From: Bacteroidales bacterium
Lineage (GTDB): Bacteria; Bacteroidota; Bacteroidia; Bacteroidales; SZUA-534
DNA length: 64,000 nt
Assembly (NCBI GenBank): GCA_045640185.1
Contig: JAZUEN010000038.1
Span: 1,030-65,029, forward strand
Direction of reading: 5' to 3'
The first letter of the stretch is position 1, and every line of letters begins with the position of its first letter. The notes beneath the pieces were generated by a model. It was not told the origin of the DNA, made no database searches, and worked only from the letters and a program-made list of their open reading frames with translations. Positions 18,935 through 29,415 of the stretch are shown piece by piece. Position numbers and translations under genes: made by a program.

Positions 18935-19905
18935 TCAATCTTTTACGCATCGTATTTGAGCATAACGATAACAACCCTGCCAATACAAATCACATCCCAT
19001 ATTAAGGATGCCTCTATCAACGGTTGACAAGATTCTTAATAAGCCGACTGTATAGGAATGGTTTTCGTCCATCAATGTATAATAGATGCAACCAGTACCA
19101 TTATCTTCAGTCGCAAATGGCTTGGCATTAAATTCCGTTTGCATGCCTACCGCAGTCTCTTCACCATTATAGTATTTCCAATCGTACATCGATGATAGCC
19201 TGCGACGCAAATCGACATTGCTTCCTTGAAAATCTCCAGCATAGTACTTACGCAAAAAATCATAATTATCTTCGTTCAAATATCCTAACGGGAAGTAGCC
19301 ACTGCTAAATTCCACTATTGATGGAGTTTCGACACCATAATATTTTTCCAAATCCGCCCAATCGTCATTATTAGACACATGAAAACCCTTAGGTGCTAAC
19401 AATGGTATAAGATTTTGCATTGACAAAGAACATGATTCCCCCTTTGAATTCTTGAAATTCGTCTCTTTGTTTCTAGAATCGCCAATGCAATATAGGACCC
19501 CCTTAGACCTAGACTCTACCAATGTTATAACCTTATACGGAGCAGGAGATTCGTCACTAAAATTGAATATTTCAACATCATCAAGTTGTATGGTATCTCC
19601 TTCATATATGAAACTCTTTGTGCGCAAGTCATCCACCATCCATATTCGATTACCTATTTTAACAACACGATATACGTTGAACTCATGGTCGCGAATGGCA
19701 CTATTCTTGTCGAGGATTATCTCCTTGATGCCATCTTTTGAGCTTGAAGAATTAAATCTTTGTCCATAATCCCCGAGCTGGCAGCATAAGTGACCTCAAT
19801 CGAACCTCGATACCCATGGTTTGGATATTTTACCTTTGTCTCTTGAGTGGAAGATGCATCGTCTGCTAATGCAGTGAATGAGCAAGCTCCCCATATTAGT
19901 GCCAT
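18935..19905 (-). pseudogene. FISUMP-domain (Fibrobacter succinogenes major paralogous domain) secreted protein, frameshifted
   Basis: The signal-peptide ORF (19717-19905) and the body ORF are in different frames; the body frame is open from 19795 down to 18935. The body has FNVYRVVKIGNRIWMVDDLRT, APKGFHVSNNDDWADLEKYYG and a C-terminal RCVKD. Adding one G to the G4 run (C's at 19771-19774) would fuse the frames. Confidence 0.6.
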
Positions 19906-20031
19906 TAAAACATATTTTTTCTACCTATGAATAGTGATTCATCTTATGTTTCACACACAAAAACAATGATTTTTTTGAGTAACACATTGTTTTTATATCT
20001 GCAATGAACTTGCTGTTGACCAGGTAATAAG

Positions 20032-20490
20032 CTAGTAGTTCTGCACGTACGAGACAACAGCGGCGGCGCAACCCTCCTTGCCCTCGGCAAACGAAAGCGA
20101 CAGGTAGTAAACTTGCGTCTTTGAGCAGAAAAAGTCGAAACTATCATACGACATTCCGTCCGACTCATCATAGTTGCTCCCGTAGAACTTGGTGAAATCG
20201 TACAATTTCAGCACTATTTGGTCAGTGCAGGCAGAGTCGGCCTTTACCGTAAACCGGTATTGAGTGCCCTTATTCAGCAGTATAGAGAACTCCTCCTTGC
20301 CTTTCTTTGAAGATGTTACAGGCTCCAAGCGTACACGGAAATCTTTCAGATAGGTTGCCTTGCCGACAATATCTTTCATTACTTCGTCCTTCAAGGCTAG
20401 TCCACATTGCGCCGATGCCTGCGTGCAAGAAATGCCACACACGCAAAGAAGCGCAAAAGCCATTATTCGCAAATTTCTATATACACTCAT
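20032..20490 (-). CDS. hypothetical secreted/lipoprotein
   Basis: 152 aa with signal peptide MAFALLCVCGISCTQASA. No recognised domain. Confidence 0.6.
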   Translation of the reverse strand: MSVYRNLRIMAFALLCVCGISCTQASAQCGLALKDEVMKDIVGKATYLKDFRVRLEPVTSSKKGKEEFSILLNKGTQYRFTVKADSACTDQIVLKLYDFTKFYGSNYDESDGMSYDSFDFFCSKTQVYYLSLSFAEGKEGCAAAVVSYVQNY

Positions 20491-20554
20491 TGTCTTTGTT
20501 TGGATGCTCTAGCAATGCAAAATTAAAAAAGTTTTAATAATATGAACAAAGTCA

Positions 20555-21667
20555 TCATTCGTTTCCGAATTCCATCAAATAAGCCTTTATGAAATCGTTG
20601 ATTTCGCCGTCGAGCACAGCCTGCACATTTGATGTCTCATGCCCTGTTCGCACGTCTTTTACCAGCTTGTACGGCTGCATGACATACGAGCGAATCTGCG
20701 AGCCCCATTCTATCTTTTTCTTGCCTGCCTCAACCTTGTTTGTCTCGATGCGACGCTTTTCCAACTCGAGGTTATAAAGCTGCGAGCGCAAAAGCCTCAA
20801 TGCATTTTCACGGTTCTTTGGCTGGTCACGAGTCTCGGTATTTTCAATCACAATCTCGTCATCCTCGCCTGTTACAGGGTTCTTGAATTTATAGTGAAGC
20901 CTGACGCCCGACTCTACCTTGTTCACGTTCTGGCCACCTGCGCCACTCGAACGGAACGTGTCCCACGACAAAGCGGCCGGATTTACATTTATCTCGATGT
21001 CATCGTCAACCGACGGTGTCACAAATACCGACGAGAATGATGTCTGCCTCTTGCCCTGCGCGTTGAATGGCGATATGCGCACAAGCCGATGGACACCGTT
21101 TTCGCTCTTCAGATAGCCATAGGCATAGTCGCCTTCAAATTCAAGAGTCACGGTCTTGACGCCCGCCTCGTCGCCGGCAAGGTAGTTTTGCTCGCGAACC
21201 TTGTAGCCATTCTTCTCGCCCCACCGAATGTACATGCGCATAAGCATTTCGGTCCAATCCTGGCTTTCAGTTCCGCCTGCGCCTGCGTTCAGCTTGACAA
21301 TGGCGCTCATCTTGTCCTCCTCCTTACGCAGCATGTTGCGCGATTCGGCAGATTCAATCTTTTCCAAAGCGACAGCATACTGTGCATCCACTTCCTGCTC
21401 GGTGCTTTCACCCATTTCGTAAAAATCGAGCAGGACCTGCAAGTCGTCGACGGCTGACTTGACGCCCTCATAGCAGTCAATCCAGCTTTTGATGCCATTA
21501 ATCTTCTTCATTTGCGCCTCCGCCTTTTTAGGGTCGTCCCAAAAATCAGGAGCCTGGCTCTTCTGTTGTTCCTCATCAAGTTCGACACGACGACTATCAA
21601 TGTCGAGATGCTTTTTCAAAGCCTCCACTCTGCTCTCTATATCTTTTTGCTGTTCAGGTAAAACCAT
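20555..21667 (-). CDS. prfB: peptide chain release factor 2 (single uninterrupted ORF)
   Basis: SPF tripeptide (RISPFNAQGKRQTSF) and GGQ (SGAGGQNVNKVES). 370 aa with no internal stop at the usual frameshift position. Confidence 0.95.
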   Translation of the reverse strand: MVLPEQQKDIESRVEALKKHLDIDSRRVELDEEQQKSQAPDFWDDPKKAEAQMKKINGIKSWIDCYEGVKSAVDDLQVLLDFYEMGESTEQEVDAQYAVALEKIESAESRNMLRKEEDKMSAIVKLNAGAGGTESQDWTEMLMRMYIRWGEKNGYKVREQNYLAGDEAGVKTVTLEFEGDYAYGYLKSENGVHRLVRISPFNAQGKRQTSFSSVFVTPSVDDDIEINVNPAALSWDTFRSSGAGGQNVNKVESGVRLHYKFKNPVTGEDDEIVIENTETRDQPKNRENALRLLRSQLYNLELEKRRIETNKVEAGKKKIEWGSQIRSYVMQPYKLVKDVRTGHETSNVQAVLDGEINDFIKAYLMEFGNE

Positions 21668-21782
21668 TTTAGTTTTTAGTTATTTGTTACTAGTTACTAG
21701 TTTTTGGTTATTGGTTGTTGACCGCTAGCCATTAGCCGTTGGCCTTATGCCCTAATTCATTTAGTCCCTATAGCCATCGGGA

Positions 21783-21848
21783 TTAGGATTTAAATTCATA
21801 TTTAACATTTCAAATTAGTCTTATGCCTTTTGTCTTATGCCTTTTGCC
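21783..21848 (-). repeat. dispersed intergenic element, copy B (upstream of prfB)
   Basis: The minus strand reads aaaaggcataagac twice in tandem, then aatttgaaatgttaaatatgaatttaaatcctaa. The core is 32/34 identical to copy A and has the same orientation relative to the downstream gene. Confidence 0.8.
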
Positions 21849-21858
21849 TTTTTCCCTA

Positions 21859-23280
21859 TCAAGTAATCAAGTCCATCCTGTTGCAGTCGAGTTTCAGGAA
21901 TATGAACAGCAGCATGGTAAAGCCCCACAACGATGAACCGCCGTAGCTGAAGAACGGTAGCGGGATTCCAATCACTGGCGCCACGCCTATCGTCATACCG
22001 ACATTGATTGCTATATGGAAAAAGAAAATGCTCGCCACGCAATAACCGTATATTCGGCTGAATTTCGACTTTTGCCGTTCGGCCAAGACAATCAGGCGAA
22101 GCAGCAATGTCATGAACAATATGAGCAGCACGGTTGTGCCTATAAAGCCCCATTCCTCGCCGATGGTGCAGAATATAAAGTCTGTTGCCTGCTCCGGCAC
22201 AAACTTGAACTTTGTCTGCGTACCTTGCAGATAGCCCTTGCCACTGAATCCACCAGAGCCGATGGCTATCATCGACTGGTTGACATTATAGCCTGCGCCC
22301 TGCAAATCGACTTCAATGCCAAGCAAATGGTTGATACGGGCACGCTGGTGAGGTGCAAGCACGTTGTCGAAGAAATATCCCACCGAAAAAGCAAAGCCGA
22401 TTGACGCAACCGCTATCCCTATAATGGCCGCAATCTTGCCTAGCTTATGTCTGTAGGTGTATAGAAGGTAATATGGGATAGACATTCCAAGACCGATAAG
22501 CAATGACACATATTTGGGCCAAAATGGGAAGAAATGCTCGCACACGGCGTAAGACAGTGCCGAGGCCACAAGCAATATCAGCAAAGCTATTCCAAGCTCC
22601 TTCAGTTTGTCGCGCATGATGAAGAATGTCATGAACGAAAGCACCTCCACGACTATAACCACAACATGCATCTCATAAAGCAACGACAAGACAAACAGCA
22701 CAACCAACAGCAACCCCAAGATGAAATAAATAGGTTTCATTCCCTCACGGAAAAACGCCAGCAGCAATGCCACAAAAACCAAAGCCGAGCCAGTATCGTT
22801 CTGAAGCAAAATGAACGCAGACGGCAAGAAACATATGCCACACACAATCAGCAGCGACTTGAACTCGTCTGGGTGAAAATGGTAACGCGACATGTACTTG
22901 GCCAATGTCAGCGACGCAGCTATCTTGGCGAATTCGGCAGGCTGAATCTGTATTGGCCCGAGCACGATCCACGATTTTGCTCCATTGACAGTGGCTCCGA
23001 ACAGCAACACGCAAAGCAGCACAAGCATAAGCGTGCCATATATCAATTCGGCAAATGCTGAATAGAACTTACAGTCTATCAGCAAAGTCACAATGGCTAT
23101 CACAACAGCAGCACCAATCCACAACAGCTGACGGCCATAACGTGTTGCCATGCTGAATTCAATATTCTCGGCATTGTACGAAGCGGAATAGATGTTAATC
23201 CAGCCCAATGTGACAAGCACGGCATACAGGATTACCGTAAACCAATCGATGTTCTTCAATATGTTACCGCGTTGTTCCAT
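21859..23280 (-). CDS. rodA: rod shape-determining protein RodA (SEDS family)
   Basis: Polytopic FtsW/RodA/SpoVE-like protein. It overlaps the mrdA 3' end by 17 nt and is last in the mre/mrd block. Confidence 0.88.
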   Translation of the reverse strand: MEQRGNILKNIDWFTVILYAVLVTLGWINIYSASYNAENIEFSMATRYGRQLLWIGAAVVIAIVTLLIDCKFYSAFAELIYGTLMLVLLCVLLFGATVNGAKSWIVLGPIQIQPAEFAKIAASLTLAKYMSRYHFHPDEFKSLLIVCGICFLPSAFILLQNDTGSALVFVALLLAFFREGMKPIYFILGLLLVVLFVLSLLYEMHVVVIVVEVLSFMTFFIMRDKLKELGIALLILLVASALSYAVCEHFFPFWPKYVSLLIGLGMSIPYYLLYTYRHKLGKIAAIIGIAVASIGFAFSVGYFFDNVLAPHQRARINHLLGIEVDLQGAGYNVNQSMIAIGSGGFSGKGYLQGTQTKFKFVPEQATDFIFCTIGEEWGFIGTTVLLILFMTLLLRLIVLAERQKSKFSRIYGYCVASIFFFHIAINVGMTIGVAPVIGIPLPFFSYGGSSLWGFTMLLFIFLKLDCNRMDLIT

Positions 23281-25099
23281 TTATCAAATCTGCCGATAAT
23301 ATCCGCCGCTCAAGCCACGGACGTGTTATTGTATCTGTCAAGTATCTCTCAACCATTAGGCTGCCTATAGGTGCTGCGAAAGTCGCGCCAAAGCCTGCAT
23401 TTTCAATATATACCGCTATGGCAATCTGTGGATTCTCGCGTGGCGCAAACGACATAAACACCGAGTGGTCCTTGCCGTGCGGATTCTGAACAGTTCCAGT
23501 CTTTCCACACACATCGAAACCCTTTATGGCGGCCACAGCCGCTGTTCCTCCAGAAGGTGAATTTACCGCACGGTACATTCCCTCGACAATGGTCGGGAAA
23601 TATGTCGTATCGATGTCGGTATAGTGAGGTTCCCTGTATTTGTCACGAATATCGCTATCGCCGCCTACTATCGTCTTAACCACGTGAGGCGTGAAGTAAT
23701 GCCCACGGTTGGCTATTGTCGAGCACAAGTTGGCTATCTGCAAAGGAGTGAGCAGCAGCTCGCCCTGGCCTATGGAGTTTGACACTATGTAAAGCGACTT
23801 CAGACGGCCCTTGCCGTATGTCCTGTCATAGAAATTGAGTGACGGGACGTAGCCACTAACCTCGTACGGCAAGTCGATTCCAAGTTTACTGCCGAGTCCA
23901 AACGACGTTACGTGCCGGCGCCAAACAGTGAATGCCGTGTCGATGCTGCCAAATTTAGGTTCATCCAGCACACGACGATAATCTGCGGCAAAAAAAGCAT
24001 TGCACGAATGTTGCAGAGCCTCAACCACGTTCAATGGCGAAGCGTGCCCGTGGCAACCCATATGAAACCTGCCAGCCGTATAGCCGTAGTGACAAGGATA
24101 GCGCGTATATTCGCCATTTATAGTGCCTTCCTGAAGGCCAATCAATGCCTCAATGGTCTTGAAAGTGGAGCCTGGCGGGTTCCGCGACTGCAAAGGACGG
24201 CAGAAAAGAGGGTTCAGCGAATCGGCGCGCAACTGCTTGTAGTTTGCCGAGCGTTCGCGGCCTACTAGCAGACTCGGGTCGTATGTTGGCGATGACACCA
24301 TTGCCAGAATCTCGCCCGTTGACGGTTCTATTGCCACAATAGAGCCCATCTTGCCCTGCATAAGCATTTCGCCGTATTGCTGAAGTTCAGCGTCGATAGT
24401 CAGTATCAGGTCGTGACCGTTGACAGCCAACGTATCGTATCTTCCGTCTTTATATTGCCCTTTAATGCGATTGTGGACATCGACCATAAATATCTCCACG
24501 CCCTTCTGTCCACGCAGCTCCTCTTCGTACATGCGTTCGATGCCGCTTATGCCGATATAGTCGCCCGACTTGTAGTAGCTGTCATTTTTTGCAGTCTTGT
24601 CATCCACCTCGCCCACATAGCCGAACAGGTGCGCGGCCATCTTATGCGGGTATATTCGCAAGCTACGGGTCTGCGAGTAGAAGCCCTTGAACTCGTACAT
24701 GTGTTCCTGGAATGCGCCATACTCCTCAGCCGATATCTGCTCGAGGAAAATTGACGATTTGTAATACGAATAGCGTTTTGCCTTGCGTAGTCGCTTATCC
24801 ACCTGCTTCTTGCTGATGTTTAGCAGTTGGCAGAACAGCGTTGTGTCAAACTCACGCAGTTGGTTAGGCGTCACCATCAAGTCGTAGGCGGCCTGATTGT
24901 GGACCAGAAGCTCTCCGTTTCGGTCATACATAAGGCCACGGGCCGGATATTGAGTCACTGCGCGCAACACATTGTTTGACGCCGACATCTTGTACGATTG
25001 GTCAACAACCTGCAAGAAAAACAGACGACAAATGTACAACAGGAAGATGATGCAGAACAATCCCCCTATCACATAACACCGTTGACGGAAAGGGTTCAT
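23264..25099 (-). CDS. mrdA: penicillin-binding protein 2
   Basis: N-terminal TM. Transpeptidase motifs PGSTFK (SxxK) and GKTGT (KTG). Located between mreD and rodA. Confidence 0.92.
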   Translation of the reverse strand: MNPFRQRCYVIGGLFCIIFLLYICRLFFLQVVDQSYKMSASNNVLRAVTQYPARGLMYDRNGELLVHNQAAYDLMVTPNQLREFDTTLFCQLLNISKKQVDKRLRKAKRYSYYKSSIFLEQISAEEYGAFQEHMYEFKGFYSQTRSLRIYPHKMAAHLFGYVGEVDDKTAKNDSYYKSGDYIGISGIERMYEEELRGQKGVEIFMVDVHNRIKGQYKDGRYDTLAVNGHDLILTIDAELQQYGEMLMQGKMGSIVAIEPSTGEILAMVSSPTYDPSLLVGRERSANYKQLRADSLNPLFCRPLQSRNPPGSTFKTIEALIGLQEGTINGEYTRYPCHYGYTAGRFHMGCHGHASPLNVVEALQHSCNAFFAADYRRVLDEPKFGSIDTAFTVWRRHVTSFGLGSKLGIDLPYEVSGYVPSLNFYDRTYGKGRLKSLYIVSNSIGQGELLLTPLQIANLCSTIANRGHYFTPHVVKTIVGGDSDIRDKYREPHYTDIDTTYFPTIVEGMYRAVNSPSGGTAAVAAIKGFDVCGKTGTVQNPHGKDHSVFMSFAPRENPQIAIAVYIENAGFGATFAAPIGSLMVERYLTDTITRPWLERRILSADLINGTTR

Positions 25100-25605
25100 T
25101 TATTACGTACAAACAGAAACTGACTCAATATAATCAACAGCATTGTAAACACCACGCTCAACAATGCACGCAACAGAATCAAGCGCAAATCGCTAAACCT
25201 GAATGCCTCAATTAGATACAGAAACACATGGTGAGTCAGCACAACCATAATGCTGTACTTCAGGAACCAACCAGTCCCGAAAATTCTGATATTAGGTGTA
25301 TCGGAAGGTTCGGCCGTCTCACGTGGCATGATTGCGGCCAACACAAACGGACGGACAAATGCGGCAAACACCGTAGCCGACGTATGGATTCCTGGCGAAT
25401 TGCAGAACATATCGACACTTATGCCCAGCCCGAACGACAACACAAGCAGTAGCCACCCCGGAATGCCGAACGGCAGCATTATGACAAACAATATGTACAG
25501 ATACGGGTTGATGAAACCACCAAGCTGCACTTGATTGAGCACGCCAACCTGTATCAGGACCAGCAGCACAAAACGTACGATATTATTCACCAATACATTA
25601 TTCAT
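25096..25605 (-). CDS. mreD: rod shape-determining protein MreD
   Basis: 169-aa polytopic membrane protein with 4-nt and 8-nt overlaps to its neighbours, in the position after mreC. Confidence 0.8.
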   Translation of the reverse strand: MNNVLVNNIVRFVLLVLIQVGVLNQVQLGGFINPYLYILFVIMLPFGIPGWLLLVLSFGLGISVDMFCNSPGIHTSATVFAAFVRPFVLAAIMPRETAEPSDTPNIRIFGTGWFLKYSIMVVLTHHVFLYLIEAFRFSDLRLILLRALLSVVFTMLLIILSQFLFVRNK

Positions 25606-26428
25606 TTTCAGCCATGTTTTGCAAATCCAACTGTTCTTTCTTCAACAAGTTGCGCACCACCTGCACATTCGACAATTTTTTGAAATCGACCGAGAGCCTG
25701 ACCCTTACCGACATGAATCCATTTGAGCTGTTTGTAAGTACGGTGTCTATCTTGCCAATCATCATCCCTTTAGGAAAAATAGCAGAATAGCCACTGGTTA
25801 TCACGACATCATTCTTGCGGACCTTGATATGACCCGGCAGGTCGTCAAGGTTTGCACACTCGTAGTCGTAGCCCTTCCATCCGAGCGAGCCGAAATAACC
25901 GCTCCGCTCAAGCATCGCGCTAACCTTGAGATTTTGGTTAAGCACGCTGATAACCGATGAAAAATTTGGCGAAACGTTTTTTACGACACCAACCACACCA
26001 CTGGCCGACACGACTCCCATACCCGGTTCCACCCCTTGCTTACTCCCTATGTCAAGCGTGAGGAAGTTGTTGGAACTCTCAACCGAATTGCTTATAACGT
26101 TGCAAGGCAAGAATTCGAATCTCTGTGTATAGACAGAATCCAGCACCTGCACGCCAGCCACCGTATCAACCAAATACGATGCAAGTTGCGCATTGCGCAT
26201 CTGCGCCAATTCGGCATTAAGCTCCTGATTTCGCTGATTCAGGTACAAATAGTCGTTAATGGTAGAAAAAGTGTTGTCGATATTGCCGACAATTCTTGCC
26301 GACGAATTGACAAAACTGCTATGCTGGTAGCTGTTGTGCTCAACGACCAAGTATATAGAGAAAGCCTCTATAAGCAAAAACAATATCACGTAGTGATTGC
26401 GCAATATGAATTGTATAAGGTTTCTCAT
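25598..26428 (-). CDS. mreC: rod shape-determining protein MreC
   Basis: N-terminal TM, a coiled segment (LNQRNQELNAELAQMR), then a beta-rich domain. Located after mreB. Confidence 0.88.
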   Translation of the reverse strand: MRNLIQFILRNHYVILFLLIEAFSIYLVVEHNSYQHSSFVNSSARIVGNIDNTFSTINDYLYLNQRNQELNAELAQMRNAQLASYLVDTVAGVQVLDSVYTQRFEFLPCNVISNSVESSNNFLTLDIGSKQGVEPGMGVVSASGVVGVVKNVSPNFSSVISVLNQNLKVSAMLERSGYFGSLGWKGYDYECANLDDLPGHIKVRKNDVVITSGYSAIFPKGMMIGKIDTVLTNSSNGFMSVRVRLSVDFKKLSNVQVVRNLLKKEQLDLQNMAENE

Positions 26429-26485
26429 TGGTGCTGTTTTTTGAAAAAAAGCGTGCCCGCCGAAATGGCAGGCACTACTTATTTG

Positions 26486-27511
26486 CTATTTAATCAAGAA
26501 TTTGAATCTGTTAGAGTTTTTAAGAGCGATGCCCGTTCCCCTTGCAACGCAGTGCAATGGATCCTCGGCCACATGGAACGGAATCTTCGTCTTTTCGGTC
26601 AGGCGTTTGTCAAGACCGCGAAGCAAGGCACCGCCACCTGCCAAGAATATGCCCTTTCGGTAAATATCGGCATACAGCTCAGGCGGAGTATGCTCCAACG
26701 CAGCCAAGATGGCTGTCTCAATCTTGCTGATTGAACGGTCGAGGCAGTGTGCTATTTCCTGATAAGAGACTGGTATCTCGACAGGAAGAGCAGTCATCTG
26801 GTGAGGACCGCGAACAAGATAGTCTGCTGGTGGCTCATCCAAGTCAGGAAGCGCCGAGCCCACCTTTATCTTGATGTCCTCTGCTGTCCGTTCGCCTATC
26901 TTTATATTGTGCTGATGGCGCATATACTCGCGTATGTCTTCAGTGAACTCATCGCCTGCAATACGGATAGACTCGTTCGACACGATGCCACCCAACGATA
27001 TCACTGCGATTTCAGTGGTGCCGCCACCTATATCGACTACCATGTGACCTTCTGGCGCCTCAACATCGACACCCATGCCAAGCGCGGCGGCCATCGGCTC
27101 GTATATCATCAGCACCTCACGACCGCCTGCGTGTTCCGACGAATCGCGCACAGCACGTAGCTCGACTTCGGTAGAGCCCGAAGGAACGCAAATCACTATT
27201 TTCAACGCTGGCGAGAACAATTGAGTCTTATTGGCATTGACCATTCTTATCAAGCCACGAATCATTTTTTCAGCTGCGTCGAAATCAGCGATGACGCCAT
27301 CGCGCAACGGACGGATTGTCTTTATATGTTCGTGGGTCTTGCCATGCATCATACGTGCCTTTTCGCCTATTGCAATCACCTTTTGGGTGTTGTTGTCGAC
27401 CGCAACAATTGATGGCTCGTCAACCACAACCTTATCATTATTGATAATGATTGAGTTGGCTGTACCCAAGTCAATTGCAAGTTCTTGTGTTAAAAAAGAG
27501 AACAATCCCAT
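26486..27511 (-). CDS. mreB: rod shape-determining protein MreB
   Basis: Actin-fold motifs AIDLGTANS, VVDIGGGTTEIAV and IFLAGGGALLRGLD. Confidence 0.97.
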   Translation of the reverse strand: MGLFSFLTQELAIDLGTANSIIINNDKVVVDEPSIVAVDNNTQKVIAIGEKARMMHGKTHEHIKTIRPLRDGVIADFDAAEKMIRGLIRMVNANKTQLFSPALKIVICVPSGSTEVELRAVRDSSEHAGGREVLMIYEPMAAALGMGVDVEAPEGHMVVDIGGGTTEIAVISLGGIVSNESIRIAGDEFTEDIREYMRHQHNIKIGERTAEDIKIKVGSALPDLDEPPADYLVRGPHQMTALPVEIPVSYQEIAHCLDRSISKIETAILAALEHTPPELYADIYRKGIFLAGGGALLRGLDKRLTEKTKIPFHVAEDPLHCVARGTGIALKNSNRFKFLIK

Positions 27512-27525
27512 TGTTATATGTTTTT

Positions 27526-29109
27526 CTAGTGTTTAAAATGTCTTCTGCCTGTAAACACCATTGCTATGCCGTACTTGTTGCAAGCCTCAATCACTTCTGG
27601 ATCGTGGATGCTACCGCCTGGTGTAACAATGTATTTGATTCCGAACTCGTTGCAAGCCTCAACGCTGTCGCTGAATGGGAAGAATGCGTCTGAAACCAAG
27701 ACCGACTCGCCAATCTCGCAACCTTGCTTAAGGTTGAAGCGAGGGACCGTCAAGCGTTGAAGGCTGTCGATGCGGTTTGGCTGGCCCATTCCTGCGCCTG
27801 TCAGCCAATATGAACCATCAGCATATTGCGACACAAGAGCCATTGAGTTGCTCTTCAGATACTTGCAAGCCTGTGTGCCGAACTTTGCCAAATCGATTTG
27901 CTTCTCGGTGAACTTGCAGTCTGTAACTGGCTTGTATTCAGTATCCATTCCTTCATCCTCGTCTTGCACAAGCAAGCCTCCGTTTACCGAACGATACATC
28001 TTTTCGCCCGTGATCGTCGGCTTTACTGGTGTAACCAAAACGCGCAGGTTCTTCTTCTTTGCCAAGACCTCCAAGGCCTCGCTGGTGTAAGAAGGCGCAA
28101 TTATTATTTCGATGAATTTGCCTGTAAACCATTCTGCCAACTGCTTGTCAACCTCGCAAGTGAAACATACGATGCCACCATATGCGCTTACAGGGTCGCC
28201 CGCCCAAGCCAATTCCAAAGCCTTCATTGGGCTGTCGGCGACAGCAAGCCCGCAAGGGTTCAAGTGTTTCACAACTGCCACGCCAACCTTGTTCTTGATG
28301 GTATCAACTGAATTATATGCGTCACTGGCCGCCTTCCAAGCCGCATCGGCATCAAGCATATTGTTGTACGATATCTCCTTACCCTGCAAGCAAGGCGAGC
28401 CTGCCAAAGTATGTTCGAGTTTTGTATTTGCGAACGGATAGAACACTGCCTTCTGATGAGGATTTTCGCCATAGCGAAGCACCTTGCCGTCCTTTAGGCT
28501 TATCTTCATTGAGTCTTCGTTGTCGCCATTGAAATAGTTGAAGATGGCCGAATCGTAGTGTGACGAGACGTTGAATGCCTCGCGAGCAAATTCGCGACGT
28601 TGTTCAAGCGTTGTCTCGTTGCCTTGCTCCTGAAGAATCTTCAGCAAGTCGGCATACTGGTTACGCGAACTTACGATAAGCACGTGTGCGAAATTCTTTG
28701 CGGCGGCGCGGATGAGTGAAATACCGCCTATGTCAATTTTTTCGATGATGTCGGCTTCTGGGGCACCGCTTGCGACTGTCTGCTCAAACGGGTATAGGTC
28801 AACAATGACAAGGTCGATTTCAGGAATCTCGTATTGTCCCATTTGAGCCTTGTCCTGCTCATTGTCGCGACGACCCAAGATGCCACCGAATATTTTCGGG
28901 TGCAAAGTCTTCACACGTCCGCCCAATATTGATGGGTAAGTTGTAAGAGACTCAACCGTCTTGACAGGAACGCCCAACTTTTGGATAAAGTCGTATGTTC
29001 CGCCTGTCGAAATGATGTTAACCCCAAGTTTATTCAACTCCTTCACTATCGGTTCCAACTGATCTTTATAGAAGACCGATATCAACGCGTTTTTAATTTT
29101 TGTTGCCAT
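27526..29109 (-). CDS. purH: bifunctional IMP cyclohydrolase / AICAR transformylase
   Basis: MGS-like N-terminus ALISVFYKD..IISTGGT, GGRVKTLHPKIFGGIL, and a C-terminal ..TGRRHFKH. Confidence 0.96.
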   Translation of the reverse strand: MATKIKNALISVFYKDQLEPIVKELNKLGVNIISTGGTYDFIQKLGVPVKTVESLTTYPSILGGRVKTLHPKIFGGILGRRDNEQDKAQMGQYEIPEIDLVIVDLYPFEQTVASGAPEADIIEKIDIGGISLIRAAAKNFAHVLIVSSRNQYADLLKILQEQGNETTLEQRREFAREAFNVSSHYDSAIFNYFNGDNEDSMKISLKDGKVLRYGENPHQKAVFYPFANTKLEHTLAGSPCLQGKEISYNNMLDADAAWKAASDAYNSVDTIKNKVGVAVVKHLNPCGLAVADSPMKALELAWAGDPVSAYGGIVCFTCEVDKQLAEWFTGKFIEIIIAPSYTSEALEVLAKKKNLRVLVTPVKPTITGEKMYRSVNGGLLVQDEDEGMDTEYKPVTDCKFTEKQIDLAKFGTQACKYLKSNSMALVSQYADGSYWLTGAGMGQPNRIDSLQRLTVPRFNLKQGCEIGESVLVSDAFFPFSDSVEACNEFGIKYIVTPGGSIHDPEVIEACNKYGIAMVFTGRRHFKH

Positions 29110-29415
29110 TAGATAGCCTTTAATCTTGATTATTTGATAGTTATAATGGATAATGTTTTATTCCACCAATGCACAAATATATAACATTTGAGCACCTTTC
29201 AAGGTAAGCAAATCCATATTTGTAAACAAGATTTTAAACACTTTTTTTAGGCGTCTTCCCGTCTTAATTCCGATTTACGCGCCACAAGTTTCGAAACGCA
29301 AGTTTTACACCAACTAAAGCACTAATCGCCAATAAATTAACATTAAGTAACTCGATCAAATTGCGAAGTCGCGATTTTTTTTGAAAAAATTGCTTGCGAA
29401 TTCAAACATAGTGTC

